From Novakomyces olei (taxonomy: Eukaryota), in assembly GCA_016906335.1 (NCBI GenBank), contig JADEYG010000002.1, positions 496,001 to 560,000 of the forward strand: a stretch of 64,000 nucleotides of DNA. The letters run 5' to 3'. The position numbers and the translations under genes were made by a program. Within the stretch, counting starts at the first letter, position 1. Every line of letters begins with the position of its first letter. The notes under the pieces were generated by a model. It searched no databases. It worked only from the letters and a program-made list of their open reading frames with translations, and was not told the DNA's origin. This document shows positions 10,551 through 22,012 of the stretch, in pieces.

Positions 10551-12928
10551 TCAGGACGGTGGAGGCGACGGCGACCGTGAGCGACCCGACTCTTTTATAG
10601 TCGCGAGCCATAGCAAAAGAAACTTGCAATTCGGCAGGGTTGTTCTCAGGTCCATCATCATGAGACCTTGAGAATTCATAAGCTGCTCGATGTTTTTGTT
10701 CAGCAGCATTGTGCCATATTCGAAACGATTATCCTCCTGGCCCCGAGGGAACAATGGAAATCTAGTCACGGGTAAGCGAGGCTCGTGTATAAATGAAATA
10801 TGTAAATAGGCGCATTCTATCCTATAAAACATCACATTTGATGGTGACATTCATAAAAGAATAAAAGCAGATCCACATGAAAATCCGGTATTGATAACAA
10901 CTAGAATATATAATATATGATAGATAAATAATGAATAAATAATGAATAAATAATGAATAAATCAATCATACTTTCTCAGTCCTGTCATCATTCCGATAGG
11001 ATCCGTAATAAAAGACATGCTGCCCATAGGCTGTATTGGGTATCGTAGGGGCACGTGTAGATATAAAGCTAAAAGATAGACCAAATGGCACGTGTACCCC
11101 AAAGCTGCAGCCGTATCGTCCGCGTCTACAGCTTTTGACTGTGCTTCCGGGCCGTTTGGCAGAGGAACACGATTTATGGAATAGATAAACGAATTCTCCG
11201 TGATTTGATCAATCACAAAAATATCCTGTAAAGTGCGAGCAATTTCAAAGCGTCGATGTGCTAGCAGCTGAGACGCAACTCGTGCCTCCTGACGAGCAGT
11301 ACGGATTTTGATTAAGGTCTCATCTTGCTCTTCTTTTCGTCTGACAAGGTCAAGGTTCTCAAGTTTGGTCCAGTGATGAGCTGCAGCGGCTCGGTGTGAT
11401 ATATTGTCAATTGCAGAGTTTGTCTCCTGCAGAATCTTGTCTAGCTTGGCAATTGAGGTCTCTAATTTTTTCAAATGGCTCCTCGTTTCCAGTGCTTTAG
11501 CATACTCGAAATAATTGGGCTCTTTAGCTTCAATTACTTGTGATATTTGACGCTGGATCAGAAGCACGGACTCTTGAGTTTCCGAGATACAAAGCTCTTG
11601 TTCCAGGAGAACAAGCATCGATTCTGTTGAGCAAATACTCCTCGTTTTCGGTCCAATGAAGACGGACTCCCTCTCAGTGTCCACTTCCAGATCTGCTTCA
11701 TCATTGTCGCTATTACAAGCTTTTGCTATAATATTGGTCTTGCTGTCGCTAGCAGAGCCAGGTGCCGATCTGGAAAGGAAAGAGCCATTAGCACTTTTGC
11801 TACCAGATCTATAATTATCCACAACGGACTCTGGTCTTGCGTAAATGCCGTCCACCATTGTAATCAAAACGGCATTGGCCCGCAAAGCTTTGTCGATGTT
11901 TTCATACTGGTCTGCAAGATAAACGACTTCGCTCAGTGTGAACAGTTCCTCCAACACACACATCCACGCAGATCCTTCGTGGGGACTGCCATCATTTCCC
12001 CCTTTATCCACTAAATCATTTTTGCCATGCTCTCGTGACTTTTCACGGCCACTAGTATCTCCATCTTTGCCAGGTTTTGCCCAGACTTGTACTAAGAAAG
12101 ACTCGAGTAGCCTGTCCTGCACTAGTGACTGACTAAAATCAAAACTGGCATACTGCGGGTTCATGGAAAACTCAACGACTGGTGTTACGAAGAGTAAATG
12201 CCGTTCTTCGTCCGGTGTATGAATACTCGCAAAAGTATCGCACATATGCTGGGAAACACATCGGCGCATACGCCCTGCCCAAATTTCCTGATCTTCCAAC
12301 ATGAGCGTGGCTGCTCGTGTATGCTTCCTCGGCCGAACACTGACAGGCATATTCATAGAGGCAGCCAGAGTCTCTTGCTGAGCATTAAAAGTTAGTGGTG
12401 GAGGAGATAATGGATCAGACATCGACTGAGTATACTGCAATTGGCTCTGCATATGGCCTGGCGATGGGTTTTGCAATCGAAAAGGCCGTGATTTTTCAAC
12501 GAGCGGTACCGGTTCAGCGTTTGTCTGCAAGGCCTCACTCGTTCGTCTTGGTATCGTCCTTTCAGTATCTGCACTGTGTACAGTACCAGCCTCGGCCACC
12601 CTTTGCCGACTGACTCTATTTTCCTCGCCATTTCGATCACCTGAATTGCCTCCATTATTACTCGCACTCGGCCGCTCGTTTTCAGCTGCGCCATCGCTGA
12701 CTGCTTTCGCGGCTTTGATCTGTCTCCCGCTTTTCTCATCTTCACCAAGTCTCACGGTTGGCGCCTTTGCGAGCCCGCCTATATTTAAATTACGTAAAGC
12801 CAGTCCTGTACAGTGCCTTAACCGTCGCTAAACGCCATGTTAGATGATGCAAGGAAATTGCTAGTGTGTACCACGTTGGGATCGAGAAACGGCGCGGCCC
12901 CAATCCCATAGCCAGATATACTAGACAT
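10551..12928 (-). CDS. VPS38: UVRAG/Vps38, PI3K complex II subunit
   Basis: Exon 12928-12872, intron, main exon from 12827 (RRLRHCTGLALRNL), coiled coil, AAALGYTCHLV..LA.YL.VPLRYP, then an intron and last exon FPLF...RFEYG..LLNKNIEQL. Confidence 0.88.
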
Positions 12929-13119
12929 TTGCGTCTACTCCCTCCAAACCTAAAAGGCCATATGCTGCGCAGTACAGAGGATTGCCTTTATAGCTGGCGG
13001 CCTCTAATTGACGCTGCAAATGGCCATTTATGCATTGCTGCCGATGCGACTGGCCGACAACATGCGTACGGCATACGAGCTGGATCCGTGTATAATTGAA
13101 GTGTTGAATGTATGATACA

Positions 13120-13467
<348 letters not shown>

Positions 13468-13561
13468 CGCATCGGACCCACACGTGTATGATCTGCCGTG
13501 TGTATTACAACACAGGCAGCCACAATGCGCAGTTTTCCTTAAAAACCCATCTGCGTACAAA

Positions 13562-15030
13562 ATGGCTAAAGCCGTCCTTATCGTTTTCATTCATGGGCAA
13601 GTATAATGTAAATTTGTTTTGTTCTCGATTAATTCACAACATTGATTGTTCCATCTCAAATCAGTTTCATACTAGTCTGTCCATGAAACCATCTGTCTAA
13701 CTCTTGTAGCTTTAAGGGAGACAACGAGACATTTGGCCAATTCCCTACTCGACTGCTTAATATTTTACGTGATGTTCATTCCGACATTGCCTGGCACATT
13801 GAAGTCTACCCCCAATTCGAGACACGAGGATCTTTCCAATTGGCAGTTGACGCGTTCCGAGAATGGCTGCATGGTAGAGTAGAACATGTCAAACGGGGAA
13901 GCAGTCGCGATCTTAAAATCATAATATGCGGCCATTCAATGGGCGGACTCGTCGGTGCCGATGCGTTACTGGCGGAAAGGACAAGCTATAATACTGATGG
14001 CAATCAGCAGGACGAGAATGACGTCATGGATGTTGATGAGTCTGCAGTCGGTCGGCCGCTTTCTGATGACGAGCATCTAAGATCAGCTCTGATGGGATTA
14101 ATAGCGTACGATTCGCCCTTTTACGGAGTAAGTGCGAGCGTTTTCAATGGGCAATTGTTAAAACATGGGCGTAATGCCTTTCGACTTGTACGAGGCCTGC
14201 AATTCACATCTTCTCTCGATCTACCACGCAGGCTCGGGCTAAGGTCAGACGGACCTTGGGGCCTGGCGTTTAGTGGAGCAGGCATACTCATTGGTGGAGC
14301 AATGGCTTACAGGTTTCGTGGCGGGATTCAACAGGGAGCCAAATGGGTTTCTGCTCACGAAGAGTTTATAAAGGTTATATTTCTGCATGATCAGATGCTG
14401 GAACGTATGCGGAGGCTAAGGGAACAAGAAGGACTCCTCTTTCATTGTTTTTATACCAAAGTTACAGACACTGTGCACCGGGGCCAATACTTTATTTCGC
14501 CTCCGGACAAAGATGCGCCGTTAAAAGAATCTTTTGAGCCAATGGAGAATGTAAAAGCGCGTGACGAGGTTGATGCTCACGTTTCAATGTTTGACCCTAA
14601 TACGAATGCAGTTTATTTTGTAATGCAGGACAGAACGATTAATTTAATCGAATCTTGGGTGAGTGATTGGGCGTATGGCGGTGAAAAGATTGAAATTCAG
14701 AATGAAGAGAATGCAACCAAACCTGGCGTTGATAAAGCGAGGAGGGATAGAACGAGGAAGCAAGAGAAAAGGAAGAACAATACGGACAATACGGACAATT
14801 TTACAGACAAAGGAAGACAGTGCTCTGATACATTGGACTCTGAAATAGAGGAGCAGGCGCAAGAAGAGTCTAAAGCGCCAAAACCCAGAAGATCACAACG
14901 AAAACACACGAGTAAAAAGACAGAAAGCAAGAAAGAAGAGCCACGGCCGACTGAAAGTACTAAATCTCACTCTGAAGGGAAGCGGCCGTCCCGCCGGACT
15001 CATACAAGGCAAAATACTACAACGGAGTGA
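13562..15030 (+). CDS. Alpha/beta hydrolase (DUF676/lipase-like serine esterase) with charged C-terminal tail
   Basis: Exon 13562-13596, GC-AG intron 13597-13709, exon 13710-15030 restores VFIHGFKG. Nucleophile elbow GHSMGG, AYDSPFYG, DEVDAHVSMF. Confidence 0.85.
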
Positions 15031-15120
15031 GCAAGAACTTAAAATTACAACGCAATCGACATAACGACTGTTTCAACACGAAATTGTTGGATTAGCTAAA
15101 TCAATTAGCTAAATCAAAAT

Positions 15121-16716
15121 CTAAGCGAATGTTATAGCAGCTTTAATCGCAGACTTGTTGCGAATAGACTCGAGACATTCTTCCCACTGCTCGAGCTTGA
15201 ATGTCTTGTTGACGATTCCGTCAACCTTGACCTTGCCGCTGTCGAGATAAGCAATGGCGCTGTATCATTAGCATGAAGCAATAAATAGGTGATGAGTTTC
15301 CAAAAATTTGGATTGAAAGCAGGAGTGGAAACGGAATTGAAATAGGTATAAAGATTGGGAAAAGGTTTGAAGCCGCAGAAAAATTATTGACGGGATAAAG
15401 TGGCAATTTAGTACATAATGGGCAAGATAAACGCTAAATAAGGCATACTTTGGAAATTGGAATGTCTCTGAAAATGAGCCAAGAATAGTGATTTCATCGC
15501 CAAATATTTTGGTAGGAGACCATGATACTCGAGCGCTGTTCTGATACACGCCATAAACAACCAGCTTTCCTCCCCGGCGCACATAATTAATAGCGTTTTC
15601 AAGCACTTTTGCAGAACCTGTTGCTTCCACGACAATATCAAATCCATACGGGTTTTCTGCCTTGATCCTATCCCATTGTGGTGTAGGATCTTTTCGGCTC
15701 AGCTCCACATAAACATCACCGGCTCCAACCTTTTTGGCCACTTGCATTTTGAGACCTTCAGGAGCAGCCACAACAACATGACAACCTCCATTTTGTCGAA
15801 GCATTTGGGAGAGAACAAGACCGGTTGGACCAGCACCAATTACAAGGACAGACGATCCAAGTTTAGGCGCAATTTTCTCCAGGCCATGAGCTGCGCATGA
15901 AGCTGGCTCGAGCAATGTAGCATCTACATCAGACAGATTGTGGATTCGAAAAACTTTGGCTGCAGCGTATGCGCAATACTCAGCCATGGCTCCGTTCATG
16001 GTTACCCCATGGGCCTGAAAGTTTTCGCACATTAAAGGCTCTCCGCGACGACAGAAAAAGCATTCCTGGCAAAGTTCAGAATTATCGGCCACCACACGAT
16101 CGCCAATTCGGAAGCCTTTGACTTTACTGCCGACTGCTGCTACAACTCCCACTAGACAAAATTGTTAGATTATTGAATATTGGATGAATTGATGTATGAA
16201 GCAGGAAATGAAAGCATAGACAATAGATATAAAAATAAGCAAACGACGAATGACAGAATAAAAAGATTATTTATTTCAACTTTTTTAGGTTTCAAGTTTT
16301 AAATTTTATCTCTCCAAAAGATACTGTACAAATTTTAATGGATTAAAGCTTACCTGCCTCATGACCGATGACAAGAGGAAACTTTGAAATAAACTCGCCT
16401 TCATGGATATGCAAATCTACAAATGTTGTTAGACAGGTTCGCGTTTATACGCTCAATCACGTACCGGTGCCACACACCCCACATGCTTTAACTATCCAAT
16501 GGTAAGTTTTGCATGTAAATCACGAGGAATACTTTTGATCAAGACATCATTGTCTCGAATTTCTGGTAGCGGCAACTGCTTGATCTCGTACTTGTACGGC
16601 TCGTAGTAGTAGAGACCTATATTCAAGGTTAATCCGGCTCAAAACTACAGAAAAGCTTAAAAGGAATTGAAAAAAGTTATGCCTTTCATGGTCTTCGGGA
16701 GAGATGTTGGTGCCAT
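15121..16716 (-). CDS. Zinc-dependent medium-chain polyol dehydrogenase (D-arabinitol dehydrogenase-like)
   Basis: Six-exon model MAPTSLPKTMKGLYYYEP...ACGVCGTDLHIHEG...GHE...CQECFFCRRG..LMC...GAGPTG...AIKAAITFA. Catalytic and structural Zn ligands and Rossmann motif present; substrate is inferred. Confidence 0.88.
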
Positions 16717-17266
16717 TGCTATAGATTTCAAACAAGATTTTGTGCAAATGTAGCTGGATTTAAACACAGTGCTTTCCTAAAATTCTGCCGCGCTTGTGAA
16801 CATCGACGTAGCTGATCTGCTTTGGCGCGCCAAAAAGTGACGTCTATATATTCTGCGAATGATGGCTCATTGCATTGCTTAGACTTAAATTCAATATTAT
16901 ATGCGGGGCAAAAATATTGGTGGCACAAATTACGATCCCACTTGGGATACTTGAAGCAGTACCAAGCATCCTTACGTGCAGACGAAATACACGACTTCTC
17001 TCGTTTACAAAAACAGTTTGAAAGCAATTTTGCTCGCAATATTACACTCAATAGGAACGCTAGGCACCAAGATTTGCCTCAAATGACAATTAAGCGGTAA
17101 CGGATTATGGAGAAAATTGAACAGAATAATTGTTCAACATCAAATAAATAAATAAATTAATAAATAAATTAATAAATAAATTAATAAATAAATAATCATT
17201 TACAAAATGGTTGCAGTTTAGCAGAGAGATGAATGACTTTGAACCTGGCTACGGACAATATCTCTC

Positions 17267-19078
17267 ATGGTTTTCGGCGGCATAGCGAGAGCTTACACTA
17301 ATGACGAAAGCTCTCAATGGCCTGCTAACAACTGGTCAAAAGGAGCCAATACGATTGTAATCGGATGGCTAATTGCACTCGCTATCGGCAGTTTGGGGTT
17401 CCCCCTCGTCAAGTATTCTTTAGCAAACAGACCAAGGGTCAAACGGTCTAGTAGTGGCCAAAGTGCCGTGGACGACGAAGACTCGAATGATGTGTCAATT
17501 TTTCGTTGGATGTCTGCACGATCTCGCCGATTATCACACCGCGTTAGAAGATCTTCGCGAGCGTCTTTTCGGCGGCTTTCACATTCATTAGCCAGACGGC
17601 CCTTACTCTGGCGCAGTGCTGATTATGCGGATATGGAGATTCAAGGGCTGCCCAATGTGGGGAATTCATGCTTTGGCAACGCTGTGCTACAGGCTATTGC
17701 GCCTCTTCAATTTTTACTAGAGTTTTGTGATTCCATACTGGCTCATGACTCTGTCGATGGGTCAAAATCGCTTCCTATAATTCGGCAATTGTCTCTTTTA
17801 GTCCATGAAATAAATGCGGCCCCAGGGCAACGTGTTTCAGGATACATCCCTGACCCGACACCGCTCACGGATTTGTTGGATCCGGAAGGGAAATTATTTG
17901 ACAGCAACCAGCAGGACGCGCAAGAGTTTCTCTTGTTTCTACAAGATGCTTTGGAAAAGGAACTGCTCGCTTACAGGCGAAGCCATTTTGTATATCGTGG
18001 GTTGGGTCTAGCGCGAAAGTACACTCAGACTTTATCTCCGTCTAATTTTAAAGCATCGTCTGCCTCCTCTATTCCTTCTTCTTCTTCGTCTAACTCATCA
18101 TCTGCTTCCTCACATGCTTCAACGAATTCATTTGCGTCTGCAGGGCTTTCATCATCCTTCTCCTTATCAAAGATTTCTCCGTACTCGGATATCGGGTTGA
18201 AATTACTGCCGTTTTGTGGACGTTACATTCAACGCGTAGCCTGTACGCGATGCAAATATATAGACTCGTTTCGAATGGAGAATTTTTCCTCACTCATTTT
18301 GGAAATACCGGCAAGAACTCCATCGGGTGCAGATTGTACTATTGCAGACTGCCTCGAAAAGTATACGGCAGTGGAAAGTATCCCCGCTGTTCCCTGTCGA
18401 ATGTGCTCACTAAAACAGTGTTCTGAGCAATTGTGCCGTCAAATTGAAAGTATGAGCCATATGAGCCATAGAGCGAATATTAATGCAAACGAAAATGCCG
18501 CAGTTGGCAAGGGCAAGAACGTGATTCAGTTAATGAGGGAGCGGAAAACTCTGATGGATAAAGCAATCAACGAAAATTGGCCTGACTATCCCGGACTTAC
18601 GGGGATAAAACTACCATTTTCCGTAGAATCAGACAAGACAAAGCAGTCGATGCTGGCAGTTCCACCCGCAGTACTTTGCCTCGCCCTTAACCGCACTGCT
18701 ATTTCAATGAATGGAAATTTCATAAAGAACAATGCCTCTGTAAAGGCGCCACTAAAGCTCGATCTAGCGACATTCTTACTGGATATGGACCGTGTATCGA
18801 GCGATCCATTGCAGAGCATGCAAGCCGGCAGTATTGGCCGGCCTTGTATATATGAGTTGAAGGCAATTGTCGCCCACTATGGAAACCAGTATGGAGGCCA
18901 TTATTACACTTATCGACGGGGCCTTGACAGTTGCCAATGGTACATGGTTTCGGATACCACAGTGCGCAAAGTATCGCAAGACGAGATTAGTCAGGTTGCA
19001 AGTGGTGTTGTTTTTGTGTATGAAACAGTACGGCAGGGAGAGGCGGTTACAACGGTTTTGGAGGAACCGAATGATTAA
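17267..19078 (+). CDS. Ubiquitin-specific protease (C19) with N-terminal transmembrane anchor, Ubp1/Ubp16/USP30-like
   Basis: Cys box GLPNVGNSCFGNAVLQ, QQDAQEF, His box HYGNQYGGHY, WYMVSD; hydrophobic segment near the N-terminus. Confidence 0.9.
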   Translation: MVFGGIARAYTNDESSQWPANNWSKGANTIVIGWLIALAIGSLGFPLVKYSLANRPRVKRSSSGQSAVDDEDSNDVSIFRWMSARSRRLSHRVRRSSRASFRRLSHSLARRPLLWRSADYADMEIQGLPNVGNSCFGNAVLQAIAPLQFLLEFCDSILAHDSVDGSKSLPIIRQLSLLVHEINAAPGQRVSGYIPDPTPLTDLLDPEGKLFDSNQQDAQEFLLFLQDALEKELLAYRRSHFVYRGLGLARKYTQTLSPSNFKASSASSIPSSSSSNSSSASSHASTNSFASAGLSSSFSLSKISPYSDIGLKLLPFCGRYIQRVACTRCKYIDSFRMENFSSLILEIPARTPSGADCTIADCLEKYTAVESIPAVPCRMCSLKQCSEQLCRQIESMSHMSHRANINANENAAVGKGKNVIQLMRERKTLMDKAINENWPDYPGLTGIKLPFSVESDKTKQSMLAVPPAVLCLALNRTAISMNGNFIKNNASVKAPLKLDLATFLLDMDRVSSDPLQSMQAGSIGRPCIYELKAIVAHYGNQYGGHYYTYRRGLDSCQWYMVSDTTVRKVSQDEISQVASGVVFVYETVRQGEAVTTVLEEPND

Positions 19079-19251
19079 TAGCATTGTATATATAGCAGTT
19101 GAATTGACCCTGAATTAGTTTAAAGTGTACATGTTTGTAATTATTCCATATTGAATAACTGGATCTTTTATTATATTAATAATATATCGCAATGTATAGT
19201 TAATAATAAATTAATTGACGGCCACTTGGTCTGCTCGCTCCCACATACGAA

Positions 19252-22012
19252 ATGGCGGAGAGTTACGTCGGTCTCAATGTCAGTATCACGAGGTAGGCGA
19301 ATTTGACAACTGCATTAGTCAACTGCATTTCTTACACGCAAAAGGCAAGATGGTATAAAATTACGAGGGCGAATAGACGCTGTAGACACGTCCAATTTAA
19401 CTCTACAACTCTCAAACGGTACGACTTTAATCTTTTTCTTTTTGTTTGAATTTCCGTAGCTCTTTTCTTGCTGCACAAGTGCTTATGACAAAGTAACATT
19501 GAGCGATGGTAAACGCTACCCGACATTAACCGTTCCGGGCAGCAGCATTTCGGATCTGGAATTGAAAAGTAGTGAGGACACGGCAGCTGAACCTTTCGAA
19601 ATCGAACGTCTTGCTCATGAAGCAACGCGTCCGAATGGCAGTGTGAGTTTGGATACACCTTATGCTCCTTATACTCCTGCGTACCAGGACCCTGCAATTC
19701 TAAGCGTGAGCCATCAATTTAATGTTTACAATTTTATTAATGGACTTGATCGATATTCAATTTATTTCAAGAGCTGCTGTATCATGCAATGTACATTTCG
19801 AATTTCGATCTGAGATATCCGCAGTTGGCCTTTTCAAATATTTTTTGCTCAAATGTACTGCACTTGAATCATAATATGTAGGGATACTTGTACTAATGGA
19901 ACAGGCTTCGTTGTCTAGTGACCCGGCTATAGTCGCCGTTGAAACGACACCTAAGCCATTGCCGCTCACTGTGCCTAGCAGCACAATTGCAGAGCATGGC
20001 ACTCCAATCAGCTACACAAAAATATACAAAAATAAACCATTTGCAGAAGACTCTCATGGCGGCTTATTTCCGTTTGAAGATCCAAGTCTCGACCAATCTA
20101 ATGCTTCTGCAAAAGAAGAGACCGAAGATGAGTCTAACACTCCGGGAGATGCTACGCGAAGACGTACAAGAAGCGATCGGCGCGGCCGTAAGCTGAGAGG
20201 GGTTAACTCGACTCCTAGAAATGGAGAAGCCTGGGAGAACGAGCAAGTGTCTTCTTTCAAAGATGAAGAATTTGATTTCCAGGCAAATTTGACCCGCTTT
20301 AATAAGCAGAAAGTGTTTGATGAAATTAGGGTATTACCACACGCATTCGATATATGTTTTTTCGTTTTTGCTTAAAGAATACGCTTTTGTTTCTAATTTT
20401 ACTCTATACTATTTTGGTGTTGTTTTCACTTTGTTTTTATCTAACGTTTTTTGTCTTGCCCTAATGATACACTGTGCTGACTCCTATTCAGAAGGGCGAT
20501 AAATCGGATCCACATGCACTGCTTGTCGCTCACAATAAACGCAATTTTGAACCTAAAGAAAACGTCTTAGATTCTATAGCGGGCCGAAACGGGGGCGAGT
20601 CGGATATCGTATCGTTAGCAACACGAGCAAGGGTCATTGACCGGCGCACTTCAGAGACACCTGTGGATGTCAGAGTAATGTCTCCGCGAGCAAAGGCTGG
20701 AATTTCAGGGTTTAGCCTAAAGGGCGATGTCAAAGCGCTGCAGAGCATTACTCCTCAGCAGGTAAGAGTTTTTCGTTTTAATATAATAGCGTCCGTCGTT
20801 TTCAATCTAATTTTTGTCCTGTATTTGATCAAATACTTTTATCACGACTGTGTTATTGTCACCTGTGCCTTTGAGACGCTGAATTACGATTTTTGTTTCA
20901 TTTTCCGGTTCGTGCTTTCAAACCTGCTTAGTTCTGAATGCTTTTAAAATATCCTTTTTTCTCTTTTTACCAAAATTTTACTTCTGATATATGCTTTTTT
21001 TCGTATCTAATCTCAGATGAATGATGCAGTTTCTTTGTGTACAGAGACTTGGGGCCCGTCCTTCCAGTCTATTATTGAAGAGGCAGGACGATCAGTAGCT
21101 GAAGCAGCTCTTGCATTACTTGGCCGGACTCGTCTCGGCCTTGATAGCCATAATGTGGCTCCTGTTGTAGTAGTACTCGCGGGAGCACATCGAACTGGCA
21201 GTATTGCCGTTGTAACTGCTCGATTGCTATCGGCTGTGGGTCTTCGAGTCGTTCTTTGTACTGTTGCTAGCGAACTAGATCCCCATATGGCAAAGGTGAG
21301 GATATTGTATCTGCATATCTATTTGCGTTTATTTAATCTTCGGACATTTTTAATTCATTTAAATTTATTTGTATTTATTACAATTATTACAATTATTATA
21401 ATTATTATAATTATATATTCTACGAGGTTTGATCATGCTTATCCAAGCTTGTTTCTTGTTATTATTTTTTATCGTTGTTTCTTTTCGCTTAATTTTACTA
21501 ATTTTAAACAGGAACTCGAATACTTTAGCAATGCTGGAGGCAAAATAACCGCCGATATTGAGCGCCGCGCGGCCGCTCTTTCGCGCCCGCCAGAACTGGT
21601 TATCGATGGGCTTTTGGGTCCTGATGTCACTCTTGAAGACATTTGGGAACCAGCTGAAGCTTCGCGAACCAAACAATTAATTTCCTGGGTCAAAAAGTTA
21701 GAGGCCAAAGTCGTTAGTATCGACTTGGCTTCGGGCCTTTCCGGAATTACTGGACTCCCACCGCCGACTGGTGAAGGCCACTTTATACGTGCAGATTTGG
21801 TCGTGGCTACTGGACTGCCACGTACGGGTCTGGTACAAGCTCAGAAAGAGGGTTATTGTACTGCAAATGTCTTTTTGGCTAATTTATCGATACCGTGGAG
21901 GCAAATATATGATTCCTGGAAACAGGCTGGTATACACGCGGCTTTTGTATCTGGAGGGGGTCGCTTGAAGCTGCGAGGCCAAAGTTTGCTTATGGAACTT
22001 GCGACACAGTAA
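19252..22012 (+). CDS. EDC3: Enhancer of mRNA decapping Edc3 (LSm, FDF and YjeF_N domains), 7 exons
   Basis: MAESYVGLNVSIT LSm start, EEFDFQANLTRFNKQKVFDEIR, LLVAHN, YjeF_N (EEAGRSVA, ELVIDGLLG, SIDLASG). Six GT-AG introns keep frame. Confidence 0.9.

Noticed and set aside
17230..17310. Alternative USP first exon (MNDFEPGYGQYLS) via a GTTTTC..ACTAAT..AAG intron
   Set aside because: Frame-compatible, but the donor is very weak and the unspliced ATG 17267 frame is already open; cannot be decided without cDNA.
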